The translations under genes were made by a program, and so were the position numbers. Of a DNA stretch of 64,000 bases, positions 18,766-27,924 are shown in pieces; the stretch's first letter is position 1; each line of letters begins with the position of its first letter. The notes under the pieces were generated by a model. The model saw only the letters and a list, made by a program, of their open reading frames with translations. It had not been told where the DNA came from and made no database searches. The DNA comes from an uncultured Myxococcales bacterium (GTDB lineage: Bacteria; Myxococcota_A; Polyangia; Fen-1088): the NCBI GenBank assembly GCA_964540815.1, contig CAZIOH010000003.1, positions 1,685 through 65,684 of the forward strand, read 5' to 3'.

Positions 18766-19542
18766 TCAGAGGCGCGGCGTGAAGCGGGCGAGATCCTCGA
18801 TCCCCAGGCTGCGCTCGATGGCGTCGACCTCCGAGACCGCGCGCTCGAAGCCATCCCCGCCGAAGAGCTGGTGCTCACGGCGCTCGAAGTCCTCGCCGAG
18901 GGCATCGTATTCGTGTGGGCCGAGGAGGCCGTGCAGTGCAGGAAACAGCACCGTATCCTCGCGAGCGGCGTGGGGGGCGTACATGCCGCCAAACAGGCGG
19001 AGCTGATCCCGCAGGGCCCGTCGCTGCGCCGGGTCCTTGACGTTGGTGGCCGTCGCCAGCCCGAGGACGCGATCGGTGAGCTTTCGGCCGGCCTGATGCT
19101 GGGCCCGGAGGGTCCGCACCAGCTCGACCAGCTTTCCAGCCCGCTCGAACCGGGGAAACACGAACTCCTCCTCCTGGCGTTCGTGATAGTCCTCCACGAA
19201 GCTGCGGATCAGCTTGGCCCCGCGCTGGATCGCCTCGACCTCGACCTCGGCGCCCGCCGGCCCGTCGAGCCTCCGGCAGACCTCGTCGTAGATGAGGAGC
19301 ACCCGACGAAGCACGCCATGCTCGCGCATGAGGTCCTCACCCGGACCGATGTCGGCGTCGGCCTTTGCGTCGTCGTCAGAGCCCGCACCCGGCTTGGGCT
19401 GGAGCTTGGCCTTCGGGTCGGCCTTGGCCTCGGACCCGAGCGCGGCCCATCCGAGCCAGGCCGTCGCTCCCACCAGAACCGACCGCCGATCGGCGCGCGG
19501 CCTCGGCGGATGAATCCGTGGAGGGGGGGTTTGTTTGATCAT
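18766..19542 (-). CDS. Hemerythrin/HHE cation-binding domain protein with Tat-like signal
   Basis: REHGVLRR, DYHERQEEEFVFP, QHQAGR, PHAAREDTVLFP; DRRSVLVG twin-arginine-like motif before a hydrophobic helix. Confidence 0.85.
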   Translation of the reverse strand: MIKQTPPPRIHPPRPRADRRSVLVGATAWLGWAALGSEAKADPKAKLQPKPGAGSDDDAKADADIGPGEDLMREHGVLRRVLLIYDEVCRRLDGPAGAEVEVEAIQRGAKLIRSFVEDYHERQEEEFVFPRFERAGKLVELVRTLRAQHQAGRKLTDRVLGLATATNVKDPAQRRALRDQLRLFGGMYAPHAAREDTVLFPALHGLLGPHEYDALGEDFERREHQLFGGDGFERAVSEVDAIERSLGIEDLARFTPRL

Positions 19543-19614
19543 ACCGACAGTCTGGGCATCCGACCGCGCCGAGTGCAACCGGGGTGTGCGAGGTCACGCG
19601 CCCGCGGGAGCGGC

Positions 19615-22239
19615 TCACGGGCAGGTGAGGCGTGCCAGGTGCGGCGTCGCGAGCTGTAGGTCTCGACCGTCGCCGAGCTGGCCGGTCGCATCGCTGCCCC
19701 AGCACACCACCGTGCCCTCCGCGCGCAGGCTGCAGGTGTGCGTGCCTCCGGCTGCCACCGCCAGGCTGTCCGTCACGACCGGAGCCGCCGGGGCGCGCAG
19801 CTGCCCGTCGCGGGTCCCATCGCCGAGCTGGCCGAGCCGGTTGTCGCCCCAGCAGTAGACGCTCCCCGGTAGCCGAGGATCGTGGGTGGCGGCGGAATCG
19901 ACCCGCGCGCAGGTGTGCAGGCCTCCGGCGGTCACGTCGACCGCATCGGCCACCCCCATCACCGGGACCGGTACCGCGCGCGCGAGGGCGGCGCCCCACC
20001 CGAGCTGGCCGCTCGTCCCCTGGCCCCAGCACCACACGGCGCCGGCGGAGGTGGCCGCGCAGGTGTGATCGTCGCCTGCCGCGATGGCGGTCGCGTGGTC
20101 GAGCCCGGCGACCGCCACCGGCGTCGGGCTGCTGGCCATGCGACCATCCCCGAGCTGCCCGTCGGTTCCACGCCCCCAGCACTTGACCTGCCCGCTGGCG
20201 AGCAGCACGCAGCTGTGTGCCGCCCCGAGAGCCCAGGCAACGACGTCGGCCCCCACGATGCCGGCGATGCCCACCAGCGCGGTCGGGGTGGTGCGCTTGT
20301 CGGTGGTGCCGTCGCCGAGCTGCCCCGACTGGTTGTCCCCCCAGCACACGGCGCCCGCGGCGCCCGCGGCGCAGGTGTGGGCACCGCCAGCCCCGATGCG
20401 GGTCGCCGCGATGACCCCGAGGGCCCGCACCGGCGAGACGTAGTCGACGGGCATGGCCGCGCCGAGCTGCCCCGAGCTCCCGCGGCCCCAGCACCAGACC
20501 GCGCCGTCGGCTGTGGCGCCATCGCCCCCGGTCCTGGCGCAGGTGTGGAGCGCCCCCGCGACCAGCTCCCGCGCATCGAGCGCCACCTTCAGTGGAGCAG
20601 CAATCGCTCGATCGGTGCGTGTGCCGTCGCCGAGCTGCCCGGCCTGGTTCGAGCCCCAGCACAGGACCGAGGCGGGTCCGGACGAAGGAGATGACGCGGC
20701 TCCGGACGCGCTCGCCGCGCCGTCGACCGAGCGCCGCGCGCAGGTGTGGTTGCTCCCGGCGCTGAGCGCGAGGATGCCGGACAGGACGCCCGACTGGCCG
20801 AGCGCGGGCGTCGGGACATCGCGGGTCAGCCGTGCCCCCGTGCCGAGCTGCCCGGCCCGATCGTCGCCCCAGCACCACACCGAGCCGTCGCGGCGGCGCG
20901 CGCAGGAGAACGAGCTGCCGGTGGCGACTGCCTCCACGTCGGGGAGCCCGGTGACGGGCACCGGCACACCGATGTTGGTTGTCGTGCCGTCGCCGAGCTG
21001 TCCGCTCTGGTTCGCTCCCCAGCACCAGGCCGTCCCGTCCTCGAGACGGGCGCAGGTGTGGTGTCCGGCGGCCGCGAGATCGGAGACGGCGGCCAGGACG
21101 GGGACCAGACCCGCGCTCGGCCGGACCGGCAGATCGTTGCCGTCCCCGAGCTCGCCGAGGAGGTTGGTTCCCCAGCAACTCACCTGGCCGCCGGCGAGCA
21201 GGCAGGTGTGCCCCACCCCGGCGGCCAGGGTCGTGATGGGGCCGGCCGCGCCGAGCGCGCCAGGCGCACCGAGAATGACCGCGGGGGCGGGGGTGGAGCG
21301 GTCGACGAAGGTCCCGTCGCCGAGCTCGCCCTGCGCGTTCGAGCCCCAGCACATCACGGCGCCGGCAGTGGTCGCGGCGCACGCGTGTCGATCGGAGGCC
21401 GCGAGCAAGCGCACGTCGTGCAGCACGGCCGCGTCGATGGCCACCGGGGTGAGCGCGTCCGCGCCTCCGGCGGCTCCGGCTCCGCCTCCGAGCTGGCCAG
21501 TCGCGTTGCTGCCCCAGCAGGTGACGCTGCCGTCGGCGCGCAGGGCGCACGAGAACGCCCCGCCGGCCGCGACCGCGACGGCGTCATCCAGAGCGACGAC
21601 CGGGGCCGGCTGGGCGCGGGATACCGTGGTTCCATCGCCGAGCTGCCCGGTGGTATTCGCTCCCCAGCACCACACGCTGCCGTCGACCAGCAGCGCGCAG
21701 CTGTGCGCATCCCCGAGCGCGACGTCGAGGGCTCGCACCGGGAGGCCTGGGACGGGGACCATGGTCGAGCGGGCCAACCCCGCGTCGTCGCCGAGCTGGC
21801 CGCTCGCCCCTTCGCCCCAGCAGGCGACGCCGCCGTCCTGGCGTACCACACAGGCGTGGTCCCCTCCGGCGCGGAGGTGAACCACCGGGTTGGTGGGGCA
21901 AGCCTCGTCGACGCAGCGGTTGGCGAGCTCCGCGGGGGCGTGCGCGCGATAGCGGCGGCCGGAGTCGCAGGAGCCATCGGGCAGGCTACAGGCGCCGGTC
22001 GACTCGCACACCCCATCGCCGCACTGGCGGTCCTCCTCGCAGCGAAAGATCCCGGGCCCGAGACAGCCCGACATCGTCGAGGTCGCCATCAGCATCGTCA
22101 GCACCACGGACATGCTGAACGCGGCGACCAGGACCACGCGTGGCCAGTTTCGCAGGCAACGACGAAGCCAAGGTCGAAGCCAAGCTCGAAGGCAACGGCG
22201 CGTCGACGCGGAGGTCGCGCTCGAGGCCGGGAGGACCAT
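19615..22239 (-). CDS. RCC1-repeat lipoprotein (14 repeats, probably two 7-bladed propellers)
   Basis: 14 copies of WG.N..G(Q/E)LG.G-like motif with HTC/HSC/FSC; TMSGC lipobox-like; ATG 22239 overlaps the upstream stop (TGATG). Confidence 0.9.
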   Translation of the reverse strand: MVLPASSATSASTRRCLRAWLRPWLRRCLRNWPRVVLVAAFSMSVVLTMLMATSTMSGCLGPGIFRCEEDRQCGDGVCESTGACSLPDGSCDSGRRYRAHAPAELANRCVDEACPTNPVVHLRAGGDHACVVRQDGGVACWGEGASGQLGDDAGLARSTMVPVPGLPVRALDVALGDAHSCALLVDGSVWCWGANTTGQLGDGTTVSRAQPAPVVALDDAVAVAAGGAFSCALRADGSVTCWGSNATGQLGGGAGAAGGADALTPVAIDAAVLHDVRLLAASDRHACAATTAGAVMCWGSNAQGELGDGTFVDRSTPAPAVILGAPGALGAAGPITTLAAGVGHTCLLAGGQVSCWGTNLLGELGDGNDLPVRPSAGLVPVLAAVSDLAAAGHHTCARLEDGTAWCWGANQSGQLGDGTTTNIGVPVPVTGLPDVEAVATGSSFSCARRRDGSVWCWGDDRAGQLGTGARLTRDVPTPALGQSGVLSGILALSAGSNHTCARRSVDGAASASGAASSPSSGPASVLCWGSNQAGQLGDGTRTDRAIAAPLKVALDARELVAGALHTCARTGGDGATADGAVWCWGRGSSGQLGAAMPVDYVSPVRALGVIAATRIGAGGAHTCAAGAAGAVCWGDNQSGQLGDGTTDKRTTPTALVGIAGIVGADVVAWALGAAHSCVLLASGQVKCWGRGTDGQLGDGRMASSPTPVAVAGLDHATAIAAGDDHTCAATSAGAVWCWGQGTSGQLGWGAALARAVPVPVMGVADAVDVTAGGLHTCARVDSAATHDPRLPGSVYCWGDNRLGQLGDGTRDGQLRAPAAPVVTDSLAVAAGGTHTCSLRAEGTVVCWGSDATGQLGDGRDLQLATPHLARLTCP

Positions 22240-23273
22240 CAATAGGACCCCATCACGCTCAACCACCGACCATCGAACAGCAGGCGAGCATCGAGGGCCG
22301 CGGTGGGGCGCCCCGCGGTTGGCCCGTGCGCACCACGGAGCAGCCACCAGGCTCGCACGCCACCCACCACCCCGAGCACCGCGGCGGTCGAGAGCGCGCC
22401 GATGGCCACGGCTCGGCGCGCGCCGGCCGTCTGCCAGGCGCGCGCGAAGTCGTCGTACGAGGTGTTCGTGCTCGCCGTCTCTGCGGGCTGCGCCCGGTTC
22501 GAGGCCACCCATGCGCCGACGCCCGTCCCGAGCGCCACCAGTGAGAGGGAGAGTGGAGCCACGGTCCACGGATCGTGGGCGAGTCGAGCCAGCGCCGATC
22601 GCTGGGCGGTGGGCGGAGTCCGCTCGGTGAGCGCCCCCGAGACCGAGGCCGAGGCCGGGCTTCGATCTTGGGGTGGATGCCCCGGGTCGGACGGGCCGTG
22701 GGGAGTCGGGGGACCGGAGGCCCTTGTCGTCGCGCCCGGCGGGGCGGAGGACGCGGCGACCACGCTGGCGGAGGCGGCTCTGGTCGACGCCGCCGCCGCG
22801 CACCGGTCGAGCCCGAGCTGCGTCGCCTGCACCTGCAGCGGGGGCGGCCGGGTGGCGAGGAACCGGTGATACAGCTCGAGCGCCCGCGGACAGTCTCCGT
22901 CGAGGCGGAACGCCTGCGCCTCCGCGAACAAGAACTCCGGGCGTGGGTCGAGGGCAAAGGCCCCCTCGAGCTCCGCGATCGCGCGATGGAAGTCCCGCGC
23001 GGCATAGTGGCCGAGCCCGCGCACGTACGCCGCCTCGGCCTCGGCCTCGGTGGAGGGGGAGGGCTCGCGCTCGTCCACGGGCGCCGTCCCTCCCGACGGA
23101 GACGCCACGGCGGCCCTCGAGACTGCGCAGCCCACCGCGATCCCCAACGCGACGAGGACGATCCGTCGGAACCCCGAGCCCCGGTCGTGAGTCGGGGGCC
23201 ACCCACCCCCGGACGACCGCCGTCGTTCCGGGAGGTGAAGAGCGCAGGCGCGTGGAAGCTGGGCGGAGCTCAC
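22239..23273 (-). CDS. Secreted TPR protein with C-terminal hydrophobic helices
   Basis: AEAAYVRGLGHYAARDFHRAIAELEGAFALDP.PEFLFAEAQAFR; GTGA overlap with the kinase stop; start tentative. Confidence 0.75.
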   Translation of the reverse strand: MSSAQLPRACALHLPERRRSSGGGWPPTHDRGSGFRRIVLVALGIAVGCAVSRAAVASPSGGTAPVDEREPSPSTEAEAEAAYVRGLGHYAARDFHRAIAELEGAFALDPRPEFLFAEAQAFRLDGDCPRALELYHRFLATRPPPLQVQATQLGLDRCAAAASTRAASASVVAASSAPPGATTRASGPPTPHGPSDPGHPPQDRSPASASVSGALTERTPPTAQRSALARLAHDPWTVAPLSLSLVALGTGVGAWVASNRAQPAETASTNTSYDDFARAWQTAGARRAVAIGALSTAAVLGVVGGVRAWWLLRGAHGPTAGRPTAALDARLLFDGRWLSVMGSY

Positions 23274-25276
23274 GGTGGAACGGGGGAATCCGGATCCCAC
23301 ACCTTGACCTCGGGTCGTGGCGACGCCGAGATCTCGGCGGCCCGCGCGGCTCCCCCCCCGAGCGGTCCTGGAGCGCGACCGCCGGCGTCCTCCTCGGTGG
23401 CCACGGCGGCGGTCGGGGACCGACGAAGAGCCACCGGCGCCCCGTCGGGAACCGAGCGCGGCGACGGGGCCCTGCGCGTGGGTGAGGACGGCCGCCGCTC
23501 GCGCGCCATCCCGCTGCTGCGCGAGGTGGCGTCTTGTTCGAGCGCTTCGGCGGACGACGGCGTGACCCGTGCGCCTCGGGGCTCAGGGCCTCCCGCATGA
23601 ACGCCGGGGTCGACTTCCGATCGAAGCGCCGGCTCGGGGGCTGGCTCGCCTGGCCCTCCAGTCCCAGGCGCGCCGAGCCCGGCCGCCGGCACCGTCCGGG
23701 GCTGCCATCCGGGCTGCATCTCCGGCGACGAGGCGTGCGACGCCGAAATCCGCCCGGGAGCACGCCCCGCCCCTCGGACCGCGCCGCCCCGCGAACGCGC
23801 GATCGCCAGGCCTGCCAGGCCCGCCGCCACCGCGGCCATGCCGACCAGCCCCAGCGCGCCGGCCGTCGCGACCGAATGCGAGCGCTTGACCGGCACCGAC
23901 CCGATCGATCGCCTCGGCGGATCGCGGACCGCGCGCGTCCCTTGCGTCCACCGCGGCGCGTTCGCCACGGCCGCCGTGCCGGCGGCCCCGTCGGTGAGGG
24001 TGCGATCCCCTGGGTCCGTCGCCGGCTCGCCCGGGTGAGGGCCGGCGGCGCCTGCGCTCACCCATCCCGGGGCCGCCACCCCCTCCTCGACCGGAATGGA
24101 AGGCGGTGGCCGCGCCGGCGACGCCACCGCCTGATCGCGCAGGTGCTCCGCCAGAGATCGACCACTTCGCATGGCGGCGCGCCATTCAGAGACCCGCGCA
24201 CCGAACAGGGACTCGAGGTAGGTCGCGGTGTCGAGCGCCGAGCTCGACAGCTGCTCGGCCCGGGCGAGGCGCTCGAGCTCGACCTGCACCGCCTGCGCCG
24301 TCGGAGGGCGCTCGCCGCGCGACCGAGCCAGGCTCCGCACGATCACTTCGACCAGCGGCGCCGGCACCCGCGTCCGTGCCCCCTCGGGGACGCGCACTTC
24401 GCCCCGCACGATGCGAGACATGAGCTCGTAGTCGCTGTCGGCCGCGAAGGCCGGCTGGCCGAACGCCATCTCGAAGAGCAACGTGCCGAGCGCGAACACG
24501 TCACTGCGTCGGTCGAGCGCGTGCCCGAAGCACTGCTCGGGCGACATGTGCGCGAGCTTGCCCTTGAGCTGACCCTGGACCGTCAGGCTCCGCTGCTGGC
24601 GCCACTTGGCCACGCCAAAGTCGGTGAGCTTGACCACGCCGTCAAAGCTGACCAGCACGTTCGACGGTGAGACGTCGCGGTGGACCACCTCGAGCGGGTC
24701 CCCGCTCTCCGCGCGCAGCTCGTGGGCATGGTGGAGCCCGGCGGCCACCGCGGCACCGATCGTCACGACCATCGCGGTCGGGAGCGGGCCCTCCGCCTCG
24801 TTCAGCACGGCCCGCAGATCGCGACCATGCACGTACTCCATGATGAAGTACGGAATCTGTCCGCCGAGCTCGCCAGCGTCCACGCCGACCGGCGCGGCGT
24901 CCGCCACGCCCTCGGCCGCGAGAGCGGCGCGCGCCCCCCCGGAGGCGTCCTCCATCTCGCAGACGTCGTAGACCTGCGGGATGTGTGGATGCGACATGCG
25001 CGCCATCAGGCGAGCCTCGTCGAGGAACATCTGGCGCAGCTGTGGATCGAGTGCGTACTGGGGCAGGAGGCGCTTGATGGCGACGACCTTGCGAAAGTCG
25101 CCGGGCCGGGTGGCCTCGGCCAGGATCAGCTCGGCCATGCCTCCCACCGCCAGCCGGCGGAGCGCGTGGTAGCGACCAAGATGCCGTCGCGCTCCGGGCC
25201 ATCCGGGCGCTGGCTCGAAATCAGCAATGGCCACATCCGATCGTAGCCCCGATCGGTCCCATCGCTCAAGGCGCAT
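23270..25276 (-). CDS. Membrane-anchored Ser/Thr protein kinase
   Basis: LAVGGMAEL, VAIKRL, HRDVSPSNVL, DFGVAK, GKLAHMSPEQ, DVFALG; TM helix; KVWDPDSPVPP end. Start set at ATG 25276. Confidence 0.93.
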   Translation of the reverse strand: MRLERWDRSGLRSDVAIADFEPAPGWPGARRHLGRYHALRRLAVGGMAELILAEATRPGDFRKVVAIKRLLPQYALDPQLRQMFLDEARLMARMSHPHIPQVYDVCEMEDASGGARAALAAEGVADAAPVGVDAGELGGQIPYFIMEYVHGRDLRAVLNEAEGPLPTAMVVTIGAAVAAGLHHAHELRAESGDPLEVVHRDVSPSNVLVSFDGVVKLTDFGVAKWRQQRSLTVQGQLKGKLAHMSPEQCFGHALDRRSDVFALGTLLFEMAFGQPAFAADSDYELMSRIVRGEVRVPEGARTRVPAPLVEVIVRSLARSRGERPPTAQAVQVELERLARAEQLSSSALDTATYLESLFGARVSEWRAAMRSGRSLAEHLRDQAVASPARPPPSIPVEEGVAAPGWVSAGAAGPHPGEPATDPGDRTLTDGAAGTAAVANAPRWTQGTRAVRDPPRRSIGSVPVKRSHSVATAGALGLVGMAAVAAGLAGLAIARSRGGAVRGAGRAPGRISASHASSPEMQPGWQPRTVPAAGLGAPGTGGPGEPAPEPALRSEVDPGVHAGGPEPRGARVTPSSAEALEQDATSRSSGMARERRPSSPTRRAPSPRSVPDGAPVALRRSPTAAVATEEDAGGRAPGPLGGGAARAAEISASPRPEVKVWDPDSPVPP

Positions 25277-25400
25277 TCGTGAGACCGAGGCCAAATCCGC
25301 GCCCGCGGGCCGCGCGCGGGCATCGCCGTGTGGGCATCGCCAGGTGGGCGCGCCCCTTACATGACATGCACCTTGCGCGATCCGGTTCCAGAGGCCCGCG

Positions 25401-25472
25401 GTTGCGCAACACCTCGCACGCCCCCGTCCAAGAGGAGGTTTCCTCGGGGCGGCGGTTGCGCAACCGCCGCCC
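25401..25472. promoter_or_regulatory. Two GTTGCGCAAC palindromes, the second inside a perfect 26-bp palindrome; candidate enhancer/operator sites
   Basis: GTTGCGCAAC at 25401-25410 and 25455-25464 (54 bp apart); GGGCGGCGGTTGC/GCAACCGCCGCCC at 25447-25472. Confidence 0.6.
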
Positions 25473-25628
25473 TTCAGCCGGGTCGGCGAGACGCCGATTC
25501 TTCCCTCGCCAGATCTTTCCGACGCGGACCGACGAAAATTGGCCCCGGAACGGGCGGGCCAGCGCAAGCTCATCGCCCGGTTCGACCATCCCGAGCGTGA
25601 GGCGCCACCCAGAAGCCCTGGGCACGGG

Positions 25629-25644
25629 TGGCCTCGAACTTGCT
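25629..25644 (+). promoter_or_regulatory. Candidate sigma54 (-24/-12) promoter
   Basis: TGGCCT-CGAAC-TTGCT vs consensus TGGCAC-N5-TTGCW with exact GG-N10-GC spacing; AAGGAG at 25662 and ATG at 25672 follow. Confidence 0.6.
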
Positions 25645-25671
25645 CGGCACTTCCGCCACATGAAGGAGCCC

Positions 25672-27924
25672 ATGACCAAACTCATCGCGGACCTCAGGCT
25701 ATCCACCCCGTCGACGCGGCGATCGCGCCGAGCGCTGGCACCGAGGGTCGCGGCCCTCTCCCTCTTGGGCTCGTTCGGCTGCTCGGCCAACCAGAGCTCG
25801 GCCCCCGCGCTGCCCGCCGATGTTCGCGCGATCATCTTCCTGCAGCGGGTGCCGCAGAAGGCCACTGGCAACGTCTTCGACTACACCAGCTTCGAGCCGG
25901 GCGGACGCATCGCGCAGCTCGAGCCGCCTTCTCCCGATGGGAAGCTCACGGTGCTCACCTCGGATCCGATGTGGGATGGCGCGGACTTCATGTCGTGGGA
26001 CCTGTCGTTCGACGCCAAGCAGATCGCCTTCTCGGCACGGACCCAGGACTCGACCCGCTATCACATCTACACGATGTCCCTCGGTGGGACGGCGTCCGCC
26101 CCTCCGACCGTGACGCAGGTGACCGAGGGCGACAACGACTACGTCTTTCCCGTCTACTTGCCCGGCCAGCGGCTCATGTTCACCACCAACAAGAACGTGG
26201 AGGCGGACACGCCCCAGTTCCAGGACGAGTACGAGCGCGCCATCACCGCCCAGGTCGGGACCATCAACCTCGATGGCTCGAACGAGGTGCTCGGCCCGCG
26301 CAATGTGTCGCACCGGGTGGCGCCCGCGCTGCTCCCCGACGGACACGTCCTTTACACCGAGTGGCGGCACCTCGGCCCGGTCAACGACGGGCACCTGCGC
26401 CTCATGAACGGGGACATGACCACCGTACGCGAGGCCTTCGGCAGCGAGGCCGGCGCCGTCGGGGGGACCAACAGCTACCTGCGCGGACGTTACGTGGCGC
26501 AGACCCCCACGGGGGTCGAGGTGGTGGCCGTCGGAACATCCCGCGACCGCACGCTGCAGGCCGGCAAGCTCCTGCTCATCAACCTGGCCAAGAGCGAGGC
26601 GACCTCCAGCTTCAAGGACATGACCCCGCTCGTCCCCGGCGATCGCTCGCGCTCCTTCAGCGGCGTCGGGCGCTACTACGACGCCGAGCCGGTGGGCGCC
26701 GTCGCCGCGCGCACCTTCCTCGTGTCCTGGGCGGATGGCCCGGTGCAGTCCGAGGTGGTCGCCACCGCCGGCAACGCCAACTTCGGGATCTACGTGTTCG
26801 AGTTCGATCCCACGGCCACGGGGGCCTCGAGCGGTGGGGTTCGCCACCCGCTCTACGACGATCCGGCCTACTGGGACGTGCAGGCCCGCCCCGTGCGGCC
26901 GCGCGCCGAGCCTCCCGTGACCTCGTCCCCCATCGATGGCGATGGCTTCGTGCTGAGCGCCATCAACGTCTACGACACCAGCCTGCCCGATCAGGTGAAC
27001 ATTCCCCCCGGCGAGGCGGTGAAGGTCCGGCTCATCGAGGGCTTCTCCGGCGAGGAGGGGCCGCGCCTGTTCGGCACCACCGAGTTCGACGGGCAGTCGC
27101 TCTACGGCGAGGTGCCGGTCGCCCCGGACGGCTCGTTCTCGGCGCGCGTTCCGGCCAACGTGCCGGTGCACCAGCAGGTGATCGACAAGTTCGGGATCGC
27201 GCTGGCCGACGAGCCGGTGTGGATCAGCGGGCGGGCCGGCGAGGCCCGCACCTGCGGGGGCTGCCACGAGGACCGCGCCAAGAGCCCGACCGTCACCCCC
27301 GGGCAGATCGACGCGATCGTGCAGGGGGCGGTGGACCTCAACGTGCCCCGGGCCCAGAGGGTCTCGATGGACTTCAGCCCCGCTCAGGTGCGCGGCGTCC
27401 CCTGGGACAAGGCCATTCAGCCCATCCTCGATGCCAAGTGCGTGGCCTGCCACGACGGCGATCCGGCCAAGCCCGGCAATCCCAGCTTCACGGTCACGGA
27501 CATGACCACCGGCACCGCGCAGACCTTCGTGTTCGACCTGACGGGCAAGCCGCTGCCGGTGACGGTGGGCGAGAAGATGACCGGGGCCTTCACGGCCTCT
27601 TACATCTCGGTGATGGGCATCGGCGAGCTGCTCGGCGAGGACGCCGTGTCCATCAGCGGGACGCCCTTCGCCTTCGCCAAGGGGGGCGCCGCCCGCGACT
27701 CGACCATCATCCAGACGCTGAATCCGCCCCAGCGCGACCCGGTGGTGGACACCACCGTGCGCCGCTGGCCAGGCGCGGCGGTGCACCCGGTGGACGTGGG
27801 CGGCACCGAGCTCACCCCGGACGAGTACTACCTGCTCGGCCTCGGCATCGACATGGGCGGGCAGTTCTACTCCCGCGAGAACAAGGACGAAGCCATCGCC
27901 TACAACCAGTCGGGTGCGCCATGA
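25672..27924 (+). CDS. Hydrazine synthase alpha-like (HzsA-related) lipoprotein: TolB/PD40-like propeller, HZS-alpha middle domain, two CXXCH
   Basis: Lipobox LGSFGC; SFDAKQIAFSA, PALLPDGHVLYTEW; FSARVPANVP.HQQVIDKFG.A...W...RAGEARTCGGCHE; AIQPILDAKCVACHDG. Confidence 0.75.
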   Translation: MTKLIADLRLSTPSTRRSRRALAPRVAALSLLGSFGCSANQSSAPALPADVRAIIFLQRVPQKATGNVFDYTSFEPGGRIAQLEPPSPDGKLTVLTSDPMWDGADFMSWDLSFDAKQIAFSARTQDSTRYHIYTMSLGGTASAPPTVTQVTEGDNDYVFPVYLPGQRLMFTTNKNVEADTPQFQDEYERAITAQVGTINLDGSNEVLGPRNVSHRVAPALLPDGHVLYTEWRHLGPVNDGHLRLMNGDMTTVREAFGSEAGAVGGTNSYLRGRYVAQTPTGVEVVAVGTSRDRTLQAGKLLLINLAKSEATSSFKDMTPLVPGDRSRSFSGVGRYYDAEPVGAVAARTFLVSWADGPVQSEVVATAGNANFGIYVFEFDPTATGASSGGVRHPLYDDPAYWDVQARPVRPRAEPPVTSSPIDGDGFVLSAINVYDTSLPDQVNIPPGEAVKVRLIEGFSGEEGPRLFGTTEFDGQSLYGEVPVAPDGSFSARVPANVPVHQQVIDKFGIALADEPVWISGRAGEARTCGGCHEDRAKSPTVTPGQIDAIVQGAVDLNVPRAQRVSMDFSPAQVRGVPWDKAIQPILDAKCVACHDGDPAKPGNPSFTVTDMTTGTAQTFVFDLTGKPLPVTVGEKMTGAFTASYISVMGIGELLGEDAVSISGTPFAFAKGGAARDSTIIQTLNPPQRDPVVDTTVRRWPGAAVHPVDVGGTELTPDEYYLLGLGIDMGGQFYSRENKDEAIAYNQSGAP

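Noticed and set aside
19615-22239. Regularly spaced repeats (ccgtcgccgagctg...) resembling a CRISPR-like array
   Set aside because: They are degenerate in-frame RCC1 protein repeats (GQLGDG), not identical repeats with unique spacers, and no cas genes are present.
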